Source: Mobula hypostoma
Taxonomy: Eukaryota
Reading direction: 5' to 3'
Length of the DNA: 64,000 nt
NCBI RefSeq assembly: GCF_963921235.1
Contig: NC_086097.1
Coordinates: 233,556,001 to 233,620,000, forward strand
This document shows positions 10,488-23,659 of this stretch, one piece after another; position 1 is the first letter of the stretch; every line of letters starts with the position of its first letter. The translations under genes were made by a program, and so were the position numbers. The notes under the pieces were generated by a model. That model was not told where the DNA came from, ran no database searches, and was given only the letters and a program-made list of their open reading frames with translations.

Positions 10488-12117
10488 TTAATGCCTTCTA
10501 TGCCCACTTTGAAAGGGAGAACACAACTACAGCTGTGAAGATCCCTGCTGCACCTCATGACCCTGTGATCTCTGTCTCAGAGGTCAATGTTAGGCTATCG
10601 TTAAGGAGAATGAAATCTCACAAGTTGGAAGGTCTCGAAGGAGTACCTGGTAAGGTTCTGAAAACCTGTGCCAATCAACTGGCGGGAGTATTCAAGGACA
10701 TTTTCAACCTCTTACTGATATAGGCATAAGTTCCTACTCGCTTCAAAAATGCAACAGTTATACCAGTGCCCAAGAAGAATAATGTGGGTTGCCTTAATGA
10801 CTATTGACTGGTAGCACTCACATCCACAGTGATGAAATGCTTTGAGAGGTTGGTCATGACTAGTCTGAACTCTTGCCTCAGCAAGGACTTGGACTCACTG
10901 CAATTTGCCTATCATCATAATAGGTCAACGGCAGATGCAATCTCAATGGCTTTTCACATGGCTTTAGACCATCTGGGCAACACAAACACCTATGTCAGGA
11001 TGCTGTTCATTGACTACAGTTCACCATTTAATACCATTATTCCCACAATCCTGATTGAGAAGTTACAAAACCAGGGCCTCTGTACGTCCCCCTACAATTG
11101 AATTCTTGATTTTCTAACCAGAAGACCACAATCTATGCAGATTGGTGATAACATCTCCTCCTCGCTGACATCAACACTGGTGGACCTCAGGGGTGTGTGC
11201 TTAGCCCACTGCTCTACTCTCTATATACCCATGACTATGTGGCTAGGCATTGCTCAAATACCATCTATAAATTTGCTGATGATACAACCATTGTTGGTCG
11301 AATCTCAGCTGGTGACGAGAGGACGTACTGGAGTGAGATATGCCAACTAGTGGAGTGATGTCACAGCAACAAGCTGGCACTCAATGTCAGTAAGACGAAA
11401 GAGCTGATTGTGGACTTCAGGAAGGGTAAGATGAAGGGACACATACCAATCCTCATAGAGGGATGAGAAGTGGAGAGAGTGAGCAGTTTCAAGTTCCTGG
11501 CTGTCAAGATCTCTGAGGACCTAACTTAGTCCCAACATATTGATGCAGTTATAAAGAAGGCAAGGCAGAGATCAAAAACTTCTATAGATGTACCGTGGAC
11601 AACATTCTTATAGGCTGCATCACTGTCTGGTATGGGGTGGCCACTGCACAGGACCAAAAGAAGCTGCAGAGGGTTGTAATTTTAGTTGGTTCCATATTGG
11701 GTACTAGCCTACAAAAATTACCCAGGACATCTTCAAGGAGCGGTGTCTCAGAAAGGCAATGTCCATTATTTAAGGACCTCCAGCACCCAGGGCATGCTCT
11801 TTTCTTACTGTTGCCATCAGGTAGGAGGTACAGAAGCCTGAAGGCACACACTCAGCAATTCATGAACAACTTCTTCCTCTCTGCCATCCAATTCCTAAAT
11901 GGACATTGAATCTTTGAACATTACCTCACTTTTTAAAGATATATTATTTCTGTTTTTTGCATGATTTTTAATCTATTCAATATACGTATACCATAATTTA
12001 TTTATTTATTTACTATTATTCATTTTTTTCTTCCATTTTATGTATTGTATTGAACTGTTGCTGCTAAGTTAACACATTTCACAACACATGCCAGTGATAA
12101 TAAACCTGATTCTGATA
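10488..12117 (+). mobile_element. Rex1/Babar LINE, decayed RT and 3' end
   Basis: [42 protein letters not shown]; tail ATAAACCTGATTCTGAT. Confidence 0.9.
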
Positions 12118-12214
12118 ATGAAGGAAATACTTTGGCTGGAAAATGGCAGTCGTGTACCACATTGTTTTGTGCAGGCATTTTTTTACTATCACTATCTAAT
12201 AGATTACTTAGATA

Positions 12215-12772
12215 TAGAAACACCAAGGCCCTTGAATGGAAATTCCTTGAAAAAGTAATGGATGCAGCCCAGTCCATCGTGGGTAAAGCCCTCCCAACCA
12301 TTGAGCATATCTACATGAGATGCTGTCGCAGGAAAGCATCCATCATCAGAGACCCCAACCATCCAGGATGTGCTGTCTTCTCGATGCTGCTATCAGGAAG
12401 CAAGTACAGGAGCCTCAGGACTCACACTACCAGGTTCAGGAACAGTTACTACCCATCAACCAAAAGGGATAACTTCACTCAACATCACCTGTTCCATCAT
12501 TGAAAATGTTCCCATAACCAATGGACTCACTTTCAAAGACACTGCATCTCATGTTCTTGATATTTATTGCTTATTTATTTATCATTATTATTTCTTCTTT
12601 TATATTTGCAGTTTGTTGAACTCTGCACTCTGGTTGAATACCCTAGTTAGGTGGTCTTTCATTGATTCTGTTATGGTTATTATTCTATAGATTTATTGAG
12701 TATGCCAACAAAAAAATCAATGTTAGGGTTGTATACGGTGACATATATGTACTTTGGTAGTAAAATTTACTT
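12215..12772 (+). mobile_element. Rex1/Babar 3' fragment, second family
   Basis: KASIIRDPNHPG..LSGSKYRSLRTHTTRFRNSYYP. Confidence 0.8.
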
Positions 12773-13587
12773 CACATTTTCTCCAGCACCTTGTCTCCAA
12801 TCCCCGTTGTCTTTAAAAATAGAGGGTTTGCTGTTGACAAACTAATCCTTATGAGAGGTCAACACTAAAACCAATAATTAGTGTCTCCTTGACCCTCCCA
12901 GAGAATATACATTCAGTCTCATTGAAAGGCTCAAGTATTCCCTCTTTTTTGTTGCAAGTGCTTCCTGTTTTAAACTCATACAACACAGAATATAAGTAGA
13001 CATACGAAGAGGCATGAAGAGCTAGTAGAGAAGGTGCCGTTGGTTTATTTGGGTTGATTATGTGTCATAAAAGAATTTACTCATTGCATGGATTAAAACG
13101 GATTACTTGAAAGCACACCATCCATTATATATGTTAGTCCTGAAGAAAGGTCTTGGCCCGAAACATCGACTGTTTATTTATCTCCATAAATACGGCCTGA
13201 TCTGCTGAGTTCCTCCAACATTTTGCGTTTGTTAAATTATATTTGTAAGACCCTGTTGCATATTAGGACAGTCAGTGTCATGCTGGAACCTTGTTCTTTG
13301 ATTGTTTGATTGAACTCTGCAAGTCACAATTTCTAGGAATGTCTATATTAAAGGAAAATGGAAATACCTGCTAAGCTTAACAGATTCATGTGACGTATGG
13401 AAATGACTGCCTTTGGATCAGAGAAGATACTGGACTGATTAGATAGATTACAGTTAAATAAAGTAAGAAAACCAAGCTCATGAGTTAGTAAGGATATAAA
13501 AGTGTGGCAAAATTTGGTGCTATACAGGGTGTGATATGATCAGTTGTTAGTTAAAAACAGTGTCTAATCACAGCCAACTTGACCAGT

Positions 13588-14545
13588 AACACACATAAAA
13601 GTTGCTGTTGAACGCAGCAGGCCAGGCAGCATCTCTAGGAAGAGGTACAGTCGACGTTTCGGGCCAAGACCTTTCGTCAAGACGAACTGAAAGAAGAGCT
13701 AGTAAGAGATTTGAAAGTGGGAGGGGGAGGGGGAGATCCAAAATGATAGGAGAAGACAGGAGGGGGAGGGATGGAGCCAAGAGCTGGACAGGTGATTGGC
13801 AAAAGGGATATGAGAGCATCATGGGACAGGAGGCCTCGGGAGAAAGAAAAGGGGGAGGGGGGAAAAGCCCAGCGGATGGGCAAGGGGTATAGTAAGAGGG
13901 ACAGAGGGAGAAAAAGGAGAGAGAGAAAAAGAATTGTGTATATAAATAAATAACGGATGGGGTACGAGGGTGAGGTGGGGCATTAGCGGAAGTTTGAGAA
14001 GTCAATGTTCATGCCATCAGGTTGGAGGCTACCCAGACGGAATATAAGGTGTTGTTCCTCCAACCTGAGTGTGGCTTCATCTTCTCAACATTAACTTCTC
14101 AAACTTCTGCTAATGCCCCACCTCCCACTCGTACCCCATCCGTTAATAATTTATATACACACATTCTTTTTCTCTCTCTCCTTTTTCTCCCTCTGTTCCC
14201 CTGACTATACCCCTTGCCCACCCTCTGCTTTTTCACCCCTCCCCCTTTTCTTTCTCCCGAGGCCTCCTGTCCCATTATCCTCTCATATCCCTTTTGCCAA
14301 TCAACTGTCCAGCTCTTGGCTCCATCCCTCCCCCTCCTGTCTTCTCCTATCACTTCGGATCTCCCCTCCCCCTCCCACTTTCAAATCTCTTACTAGCTCT
14401 TCTTTCAGTTAGTCCTGACGAAGGGTCTCGGCCCGAAAAGTCGATTGTACCTCTTCCTAGAGATGCTGCCTGGCTTGCTGCGTTCACCAGCAACTTTTAT
14501 GTGTGTTACTTGAAATTCCAGCATCTGCAGATTTCCTTGTGTTTG
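13588..14545. mobile_element. Penelope-like element as an inverted pair (minus arm 13588-~14083, plus arm ~14087-14545) with a 13-bp TSD
   Basis: Arms are reverse complements over ~420 bp; TSD CAACTTGACCAGT 13575-13587 / CAACTTGTCCAGT 14546-14558; homologous to the GIY-YIG copy at 53478. Confidence 0.9.
14411..14446 (+). ncRNA. Penelope minimal type I hammerhead motif (mutated); inverted partner at 13649-13684 (-)
   Basis: AGTC-CTGACGA-AGGGTCTCGGCCC-GAAA-AGTC-GATT. Confidence 0.75.
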
Positions 14546-15327
14546 CAACTTGTCCAGTCACTGGCTTAAGTACCTGTATTGGTTTATGCATTTTTCTCAG
14601 TAAATCAAGGGTTATTGCATGCTTATTATTAAACAGGTATTACTGTAAAATTAACAGTACGTCCTTGTAAAGGGTCTCAGCCTGAAACACTGACTGTTTA
14701 CCCCCTTCCATGGGTGCTGCCTGTCCTGCTGAGTTCCTCCAGCATTTTGTTTGTGTTCCTTTCAACACACTTTCTTTTGACATTTTGCCTATAATTTCTG
14801 CCCCTTTAAAGTAAAGAACATACAGTTCTTTCTGAAATCTTTGCCTTGAATTACCCATTCCACTTGACTTTGAATTGTGTACAAGGCAGAGTTACAACAC
14901 ATCTGCAACAGGAAAATGCAAATATTTTTGTGTTTTTAAATCCTAAGAAAGGCAAACAAGGTGATTGACTCGGAAATTTGTACTTGGAGCAGACATCTCT
15001 TACTCTTCATTTAATCTGCATGCAGAGAAACAAAGCGAGCAGACAATGTTTGAGTTGTGTCTCTCATCTGAAAGACAGCACCTTTCACAATGTGTCTCCG
15101 TCGTGTTCAACTGGAGTGTCAAACTGGATTATGTGCTCAAGTCCAAGGGCTTTTTATTCCAAGTCCTAGAGCGAGTGCTCAAGCCAACACCAGGTGGGAA
15201 TGCTACAAGATAAGACAAGCAAGGAGAAAGAAAATTGAAGTTGATGGACCACACCGTCTAACTGAGAAATGGTTCTTGTTACTGAAGCAGAGAAGTAGAT
15301 AGGATGTGAAATGGCAAACCATCAATC

Positions 15328-15715
15328 TTAGAACATAGAATATAGAACAGTACTTTACAGGAACAGGCCCTTTGGTCCACCATGTTATGCTGAACCAGCT
15401 AAAAGCTAATTAAAAAAACAAAAACATAATCCCTGCTACCTACACAATGTCCATTTCCCTCCATTTTCCTTATATCAATGTGCCTATCTAAACGTCTCTT
15501 AAAAGCCTCCAATGTATTTGCCTCTACCACCATACCAGGCAGTAAATTCCAGTCATCCACCACTCTCTGAGTAAAAAACTTACCCTTCACATCCCCTTTG
15601 AACCTACCCCCTCTTACCTCCAACGCATACCCTCTGGTATCAGACATTTTAGCCCTTAGAAGCAGATACATTACTCACTGTCTACTCTGTCTATGCCTCT
15701 CATAATCTTATAAAC
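15328..15715 (-). mobile_element. CR1 3' fragment
   Basis: TRGYALEVRGGRFKGDVKGKFFTQRVVDDWN; (TTCTAT)-type tail. Confidence 0.85.
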
Positions 15716-15839
15716 TGTATATCTTTAATCTGTAGATCTTTCATTGTTATTCACTTTAAATGTTTTGTGGGCTATTTTACAATTCCCAAAATAATATCTT
15801 ATTGGCTATTCCTTCATCCTCTGGCAAAATTTGCTTGTG

Positions 15840-16524
15840 CAGTGGATTCTGGTTAATTGGGCCATCCGCTATTTAGGGAAGCTGCTTATTTGGGACAACA
15901 CTGAAAGAATAGAAACCACTTAAAAAAAAATCAGATTCTGTCCATTTATTTGGGACAATATACCATTTAATTGGAGCAGGAGACTGCTGCCAAACAGGTT
16001 CTAACGAGCGTCAATCATGTGCACTTATGTGGCCTTAAGATGTTATACTGTGTTTAGAGCAAACAACTTTTAAATAATGGCAACTGTGTGTGTTTGTGTT
16101 CGAAACGTGGTGATTTTTGTCACTGCAATTTGGTAAGAAATAAACAGTAAGACAATTCAGAACTGTTTTTCAGACTGCAGTTTCAAGATTCAAAGATTCA
16201 AAGATTCAAAAAACTTTATTGTCATTCTAACCATACATCAGCTCTGCAGGGCAGAATGAGACAGTGTTTCTCAGGAGCAGTGCAATCATTCAGGCTTGGA
16301 GATGCCAAGAAACAGCTGGGAGTGAAAATGAAACAATTTCACTTCTTCAACAAGTTAGGACTAAGAAGAATTTGAAGGTATCTGCAATCACCTTGAATAT
16401 TCCAATTAAAATGAACATCTGGAGAATGCAAGTGTTGTATGAAGGCACTAGGTATTTGCACTGATTTTGTTCATTTGCAGTCAATCAAAACAACATGGCA
16501 GATGAATTCCTCCATTGCTAACTC
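15840..16524. mobile_element. Probable Tc1/pogo-type non-autonomous DNA transposon fragment
   Basis: Terminus CAGTGGATTCTGGTTAATTGGG, also seen after TA at ~7867. Confidence 0.5.
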
Positions 16525-16591
16525 CAGTACTGTGTAAACATCTAAGGCATCCTAGCTATATATATGTGCCTAAAATGTTGGCACAGAACTG
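16525..16591. mobile_element. Solo ~65-bp Tc1-type mini-MITE hairpin
   Basis: CAGTACTGTGTAAACATCTAAGGCA..TGCCTAAAATGTTGGCACAGAACTG followed by TA. Confidence 0.7.
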
Positions 16592-16734
16592 TAGATATGA
16601 GCATCAACACAGCAGCAGAGTGGTTAATTATAAAGGGTACAGCAAGCCTGCAAACATACAGGAGAAGCACTGAATATGAAACGTTTCGTCAGTCAGAAAG
16701 GTCAGCAAAATGGTTGTACCACTATTCAAGGTCC

Positions 16735-17407
16735 CAATTATGGCCCCTAACAGTCCTTCCAGGTGAGTCTGCGAGTCTATCAAGGTCACGTACTGTATCC
16801 GGTGCTCCTCATAGAGCTTCCTCTAAATCAGTGAGACACGATGTAGATTGGGAGACCACTTCATCGAGGACTTTTGCTACCTCCATTTCCTATTCTGACA
16901 TGTCAGTCCATAGCCTTCTCTACTACTCCAATGAGGCCGCTCTCAGGTTGGGGAGCAACACCCATATTCCATCTGGGTAGCCTCCAATCTGACCGCATTC
17001 ATTTAAATTTATCAAACTTCCGGTAATTTCTTCCCTTTCCTTTTCCCTGTTTTTCCATTCCCATTTTAGCTTCTGTCTTACCCCTTCTCCTCATCTGCCC
17101 ATCACTTCCCTCTGGAGTCTCTCCTCATTCCCTTTCTCCCATTGTTCATTCTCTTCTCCTGTCAGATTCCTTCTTTTTTCAGTCTTTTCTCTCTTTCCCC
17201 TATCACTTCCACCTTCTTACTTCATGCCTCCTCCATATCACCTGCCAGCTTCTACTCCTTCCCCTTCACCCCCCACCATCTTATTCTGGCTTTCTCCCCC
17301 TTCCCTTACAGTCATGATGAAGGGTCCCAGCTGGAACATTGACTTCTTATTCGTCTCATTAGTTCTGACTGACCTGCTGAGTTCTTCCGGCATTTTGTGT
17401 GTGTTGC
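16735..17407 (+). mobile_element. Decayed Penelope-like 3' part (GIY-YIG remnant, pyrimidine tract, degenerate hammerhead at ~17310)
   Basis: Colinear similarity to 53800-54550. Confidence 0.8.
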
Positions 17408-18147
17408 AATCGTTGTAATTACTTATTTTAATTAACCTGAAGGTACACACTCAGTGATTCAGGAACAGCTTCTTCCCCTCTGCCATCTGATTTCTGAATG
17501 AACATTGAACCCATGAACACTACCTCAATACTTTTTTGTTAACTTTTATTTTTACACTACGTATTTAGTTATATATAATTACTGTAATTCATATTTTTCT
17601 ATTATTATGTATTGTAATGTACTGCTGCCACAAAGCTAACAAATTTCGCTATGTATACCAGTGATATTAAACCTAATTCTGACTCTGATGCTGAATCTGA
17701 ACAATGGTTGGCTCAGAAAACCGAAGTGAAGAAATGCTCGTATTCAGGCATACGACTAGTTCAAATTTCCTCATTAAGTGGAAGAAAGCTATTCAGCCCA
17801 TTGAGTCTTTCCCGGCTCCCAGGGTAATCAGAGCCGTTTTCTGATCTCCCTGAGGTTTACTCTCTCATAGATGCCCAGTAGCACCGCCCTCATTCACGCA
17901 CCAAGAGGGAACTTACAGACGGAAATTAATCTAACAACAAATACAAATGTGGGAAGCAGTCACATCACTCGGGGGGGGGGGGAGGGGTGGAATCTCACAT
18001 AATCACAGGAAGAATGTGAAAACTCCATACGGGTAACACTAGAGATCAATATTGAGCCTCGTTGGCTGCATCTGTAAGTCAACAACATCAAAGTTCCACC
18101 CAATAAATGTGGAAATATTCAAGGATGTCCACATATTGATTATAATG

Positions 18148-18621
18148 CTGATAGGCTTACTCGATGGCGAGATGGAGATATATCGCTACCAACGGAGGTG
18201 CAGGGGACTCCTTCACTCTGCTAGCCTGCAGGTCACCCTTGGGCAAGGTGTAGTACCTGCCCAGCAACAGACCCACCCCTGATCAGGGTCACATGAAGCC
18301 CTGGGAGCAAGTGGTGGATGGTCGTATGAGCAACTGGTGCACATCACAAGTCCTGGTTATGCGACCACTAATGCCAGGCAGACAATCTCTGAAGAGTATT
18401 GATAATGGCTGGGGTCACCCATCTTGTAAAGACACTGCCCAGGAGACAGCAATGGCAAACTACTTCTGTAGGAAAATTTGCCAAGAACAATAATGGTCAA
18501 GGGTAGAGGAAAGAATGAGAACAACAGCATGAAGGGAGTCTTCCCCACAGGCAGATTGAAGACAGATGGAAAACCATGATCGCCCACGTCTCATAACTCG
18601 GCAAATAATGATGACGATGAT
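18148..18621 (+). mobile_element. Non-autonomous RTE/BovB-derived element (5' UTR joined to 3' tail)
   Basis: BovB-type GCAATGGCAAAC(C/T)ACTTC motif at ~18449; (TGA)n-like tail. Confidence 0.6.
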
Positions 18622-18940
18622 CCTTATGAAGCCGGGGCAAATCTATTCCACCATTAATCTCAAACATTTGCATTTGCGTTGAAGCACCAAGTGCCGGAAG
18701 AGTTAAATAAATTGAAACAAAATGGAATTCTGGCGAAAGCAAAGAAGATTGACAGGGAAACAACAAGATGCTTAACACAGATAAAACTTTAACAATGCAA
18801 TGATTACAAGGTGACTTTGAACCAAATAATTGATGACGATCAGCACTCACTATTTGTATGCAAAGTTGGCAAGAGCCATTCTTTTTTAACCAAACTAGAT
18901 CTGTCACATGCATACACTCAGCTAGAATATGGATAAGCTG
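18622..18940 (+). pseudogene. Fossil Ty3/Gypsy pol, RT N-terminal part
   Basis: FALKHQVPEELNKLKQNGIL..DYKVTLNQ (18802)..TKLDLSHAYTQLE (18888). Confidence 0.8.
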
Positions 18941-19679
18941 AAAAAAAAGATCAATATATGTAAGGATCTTCAGTCCTACAAGTAAAAGTAACATTTTTTT
19001 TAAAGATTAGCTTTATTTGTCAGATGTACACCGAAACATACGAAGTAACGTCATTTTGCTTGAATGACCCCCACTGTTTTAGGGTTGTGCTGGGAGGCAG
19101 CCCATGGGTGTCCTCATGATTTTGGCACTAACATACTGTATATAGCTTGCCCACAACTCACTAACCCTAACTTTATGTCTCCATTTATGGTTAGTTCACC
19201 CTTCTTTTCCGGTCCTAATGAAACATCTTGGTCCGAAACGTCAACTGTTTATTCCCCTCCATGGATGCTGCCTGACCTACAAAGTTCCTCCAGCATTTTG
19301 TGTGTGTTACTGGGAATTTCCAGCATCTGCAAAATCCCTTGTGTTTGTCCTTACTTCTGTAGAATGTGGGAGGAAACTGGAGCACCCGGAGGAAACCCAC
19401 ACTGTCACAGACAGGATGTACAAACTCCTTATAAGGATGGGAATCGAACTTTAGTGCATTATTGCTGGAACTAAGACGGTGGTGGTGAACTTTCTTTCAG
19501 AACCGCTGCAGTCCTTCAAATATGGGAATATTCAAAATGGTGATAGGGAGTGTGTTCCAGGAATTGAACCAGCAATGGGTGGTGTTCCTATATTTTTGCT
19601 GCGCTTGTCCTTCCAGCTGGTGGAGTAGGTAGGTTTCGAAGCTGAGTTGGTTGTTAATGCAAACAACACAGTTCACTGC

Positions 19680-19960
19680 GTGGGTGGCACGGTAGCATAG
19701 CGGTGTAGCACAATGCTTTACAGTACAGGTCACCCAGGTTCAATTCCCACCGCTGCCTGTAAGGAGTCTGGACGTTCTCCCTGTATCTGTGTAGGTTTCC
19801 GCCACATGTTCCAGTTTCCTCCCACAGTCCAAAGGTGTACTGGTTGGTAGGTTAATTGGTCATTGTAAATTGCTCCATGATTAGGCAAGGATTGTCCTAT
19901 ACTGGGTGGGTGGCCGGAAGGGCCTATTACGTTCTGTCTCTCAATAAAATTAAAAAGAAT
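19680..19960 (+). mobile_element. tRNA-derived V-SINE (HE1-like); more decayed copies at ~19000-19470 (-), 20010-20240, 20460-20735, 22710-23000 and 59880-60140
   Basis: A-box-like TGGCACGGTAGCATAGCGG, B-box GGTTCAATTCCC, V-domain GGTTTCC..CCAGTTTCCTCCCACAGTCCAAAG. Confidence 0.85.
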
Positions 19961-20734
19961 AAAATAAACATTGAAATTAACAACCAACAGAAGGATGTTG
20001 AGGTTCCACAATAACATAGTGGTTAGCGTAACACTATTACGACACCAGAGTTCTATTCCCACTGCTCTCTATAAGGAGTTTGTGCATTCTCCCTCTAACC
20101 ACATAGGTTTCCTCTGGGTGCTTCTCACATCCCAATGATGGATGAGTTAGTACATTAATTAGTCATATTGGTGTAATTAGGCTTTGTGGGCCCGTTGGGA
20201 TGTAAGGGTTTGTTACTGTGCTGTATCTCTTAAAAAAATGTAATGAATAAATCTGAATCTGTATCTGGGTGCGTCTTGGTGAACTGCTGTCATGTATCCT
20301 GTAAATGGTACAGACTCTGTTACGGTGAGTGAATGAATGGTTGTGGATGGGCTGCCTATTATCTGCACAGTTCTATGGCATTCAAGCTCCTAGAGTTTTG
20401 TTGTAGCTGAATTCAAGTGGGTCCCATCACCCCGCTACACTTTTAAACCCTTCTGAGCAGCACTGTAAGGTAGAAGTTAGCACAATACTTTACAGTGACA
20501 GCAATCAGTGATCGGGTTTCAATTCCTACCGCTGTCTACAAGGAGTTTTCACTTTCTCTGAGTGACCACATAGGTTTTCTCTGGATGCTCCAGTTTCCTC
20601 CCATATTCTAAAGACGTACGGGTTAGAGTTATTAAGTTGTGGACGTGCTATGTTGGCACCTAAAACATGTGACATCAGTGGACTGCTCCATCACATCCTT
20701 GGACTTTGTTGGACATGATGAAAACAACGCACCT

Positions 20735-21215
20735 CCGCTCCACTTGACACAAGCAGAATTTCCTGGTGATCGAACATCTTAATTCCGACTCCCACTGCTG
20801 TTCCGACATGTTGGTCCATGGCCTCCTTTTGTGCCAAGACAACGCCACCTTATATTCCATGTGGGGAGCCTCCAACTTGATGGCATGAATATCAACTTCT
20901 CCTTCTGGTAAAAGAAGAATTCCCTCCCCTTCCTCTATTCCCCACTCTGACATTTTATCTCTTCTCACTTGCCTGTTACTTTCCCCTCCTCCTTCTTTTT
21001 GTCCTCTCTTCTATTAGATTCCTTCTTCTCCAGCCCTTGACTTCTCCCACCCTCTTGGCTTCACCATCACCTTCCAGCTATCCTCCTTCCCCTCCCCCAT
21101 CTTTTTATTCTGACGTCTTCCCCACTCCTTTTCAGTCCTGAAGAAGGGTTTTGGCCCAAAATATTGATGCTGCCTGACTTGCTGAGTTCCTCCAGTATTT
21201 TATATGTGTGTTGCA
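20735..21215 (+). mobile_element. Decayed Penelope-like 3' fragment with hammerhead remnant at ~21134
   Basis: Similarity to 53950-54550. Confidence 0.8.
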
Positions 21216-21256
21216 ATGCATTTCACTGTATGTTTTGAAGTACATGTGACAAATAA

Positions 21257-21937
21257 GGAGGAGGAGAAGATGGCGGCACGACGCAGCGCGCAGAGGCCAC
21301 TCCGGTGAATGATATCTGTTAATTGTCAAGTAGGGTGCCGTGCAGAATCCTGATTTGATGGAGACAGACGTGAGAGCACGGAGGAACATCTGGAGAAACT
21401 TCTGAAATGCCTGCTTCACTGCCGCTGCTACTGTGTGGTCTGAAATCTCCGGAGGAGAAGGCCCCGAGTCCTTGGCTTTGCTTGTTGCTCGGCAGCCGGG
21501 ATGGGCTCGAAGCGCTCGGTAGAGGATGTTGCTCGGGAGGCTGTATCGGAGGGGCTGGTCGGAGGCTTGAAGTTTTCGGATGGACTCAGAGTCGGCTGTA
21601 GTCGAGTGCTTCCAATGCATCGGCAGTTGTCAGCGCCTGGAGGTTTGCGGCAGGGAGAATCTCCCTTTTTGCCGCCTGCTATCGGGACTATCGGGAGTCG
21701 ATTGGAACTCTGAGACTTTTTTTTACTGTGCCCATGGTCTGCTCTTTATCAAATTATGGTATTGCTTTGCACTGCTGTAACTATATGTTATAATCATGTG
21801 GTCTTTTCAGTGTTAGTCTTTGGTTGTCCTGGTTTTTTGTGATATCACTCTGGAGGAACATTGTATCATTTTTTAATGCATGCATTTCTAAATGACAATA
21901 AACGAGGACTGAGTGTCCTCATAATCTAATCTAATCT
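21257..21937 (+). mobile_element. CpG-rich non-autonomous retroposon (Rex1/L2-like ends) with 6-bp TSD
   Basis: 5' GGAGAAGATGGCGG; 3' AATAAA and (TAATC)n tail; TSD AAATAA 21251-21256 / 21938-21943; second copy at 48541-49099 (-). Confidence 0.8.
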
Positions 21938-21989
21938 AAATAAAGCTAATCTCTTCATAGCACTAGCAAGTCACCGGACAAGGATATTG

Positions 21990-22505
21990 ATCCCCTCCAT
22001 TCAGACACAGCTAATGGTGTGTTATGATCACTGGAACCAAAGTGCTCCCCTACACACACTTCCGTCACTTGTCCTAACTCGTTTCCTAATAGGAGATCTA
22101 ATATTGCATCCCTTCTAGTTGGTACCTCTATATATTGATTTAGAAAACTTGCCTGAACACATCTTACAAACTCTAACCCATCTAGACCCCTAACAGTATG
22201 GGAGTCCCAATCAATATATGGAAAATTAAAATCCCCTACCACCACAACTTCATGTTTCCTGCATTTGCCTGCTATCTCTCTGCAGATTTGCCCCTCCAAT
22301 TCTCGCTGACTATTGGGCGGTCTATAATACAACCCCACTAATGTGGCCATACCTTTCCTGTTTCTCAGCTCCACCCAAAGGACTCAGTAGATAAGCCCTC
22401 TAATCTGTCCTGCCTGAGCACTGCTGTAACATTTTCCCTAACAAGCAATGCTACTCCCCCACCTTTCATTCTTCTGCCTCTATCGGAACCCTGGAATATT
22501 AAGCT
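21990..22505 (-). mobile_element. CR1 ORF2 endonuclease fragment
   Basis: YYRPPNS..VVGDFNFP..ILDLLL..SSDHN. Confidence 0.9.
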
Positions 22506-23659
22506 ACTGGAATATTAACTCTGAGAAACTCCTGCAAAGACGTCAGATGGTTGAGATTGTTGACTTCCAACTAGCATATTCATCTTCCTTTATGGCAGGT
22601 ATGATTCTAACCATCAGAGGAGTTTCCCCCCAATTCCCATTGACTCCTCTTGAGCTGGAGCCACTTGATGCCAAATCTGATTGATGTCAGGAGCAGTTAC
22701 TCTCATGGGAAGTGTGGTAGCATAGCAGCTGGCCTAAAGCTTTTCAGTGCCAGTGATCAGGGGACAACTTCCACCACCGTCTGTAAGGAGTTTGTACGCT
22801 CTTCCCATGACTATGCGTGTTTCCTCTGACATGCAGGTTAGTAAGGCTTAGGAGCTGTGGGAATGCTATGTCGGTGCTGGAAGCACACTAATACTTATGT
22901 GCTGCCCCTGCACATCCCCAGACCGTGTTGGTCAGTGACACAAAACAACACATTTCACTGTATGTTTAAATGCTTCGATGTAGATGCGACAAATAACACT
23001 GATCTTTATTCTTCCTTACTTTACTCACCTCATTTCTGGACTGATTCCACAACCTATAAACTCATTTCTAATGGCTCTACAACTCATGTTCTTAGTATTG
23101 TTTATCTATCTATCCATCTATGTATGTATGTATGTGCACCAGTTGTCTCCTTTTCCACATTGGTTGTTAGTCTTTGTGTGTAGTTTTCAATTGATTCTAG
23201 TTTATTTATTTGCTCTACTGTGAATGCCTGCAAGTAAATGATTTTCAAATTAGTATAAGGTGACATATATGTACGTACTTTGGGAATAAACTTTGAGCTT
23301 TGCACTTTGATCTCTATCTCTGGAGTTCAACTTTTTTGTCCATATTTGGGTAAAGGCTGTGATGAGGTCAGGAGATGATTGATTTTGGTGGAACCCACCC
23401 TGAGCTTCTGTCAGCAGCTTGTTGCTAAGAAAGAGCTGTGAAATAGCACTATTTATCATTCCTTCCATCAGATAGCTGATGATTGAGACTAGACTAGTGG
23501 GGTAGTATTTGCAGGGTTGGGTTTGTTTTTTTATGGGCAGTACATACCTGGCAATTTTTCATACTTCAATTTTTGTAGGTAAAAGTCAGTGTTGTAGCTG
23601 TACTGGAACAGGTTGGCTGAGGACACAGCATGCTCCAGAACACTGTCACAGAAAGTCTT

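Noticed and set aside
14820..14903. Minus-strand acceptor TTTTCCTGTTGCAG with possible GTAATT or GTATGT donors
   Set aside because: Peptides not recognisable and no supporting neighbouring exons.
19680..19760. tRNA-like A and B boxes
   Set aside because: SINE head followed by a V-domain, not a tRNA gene.
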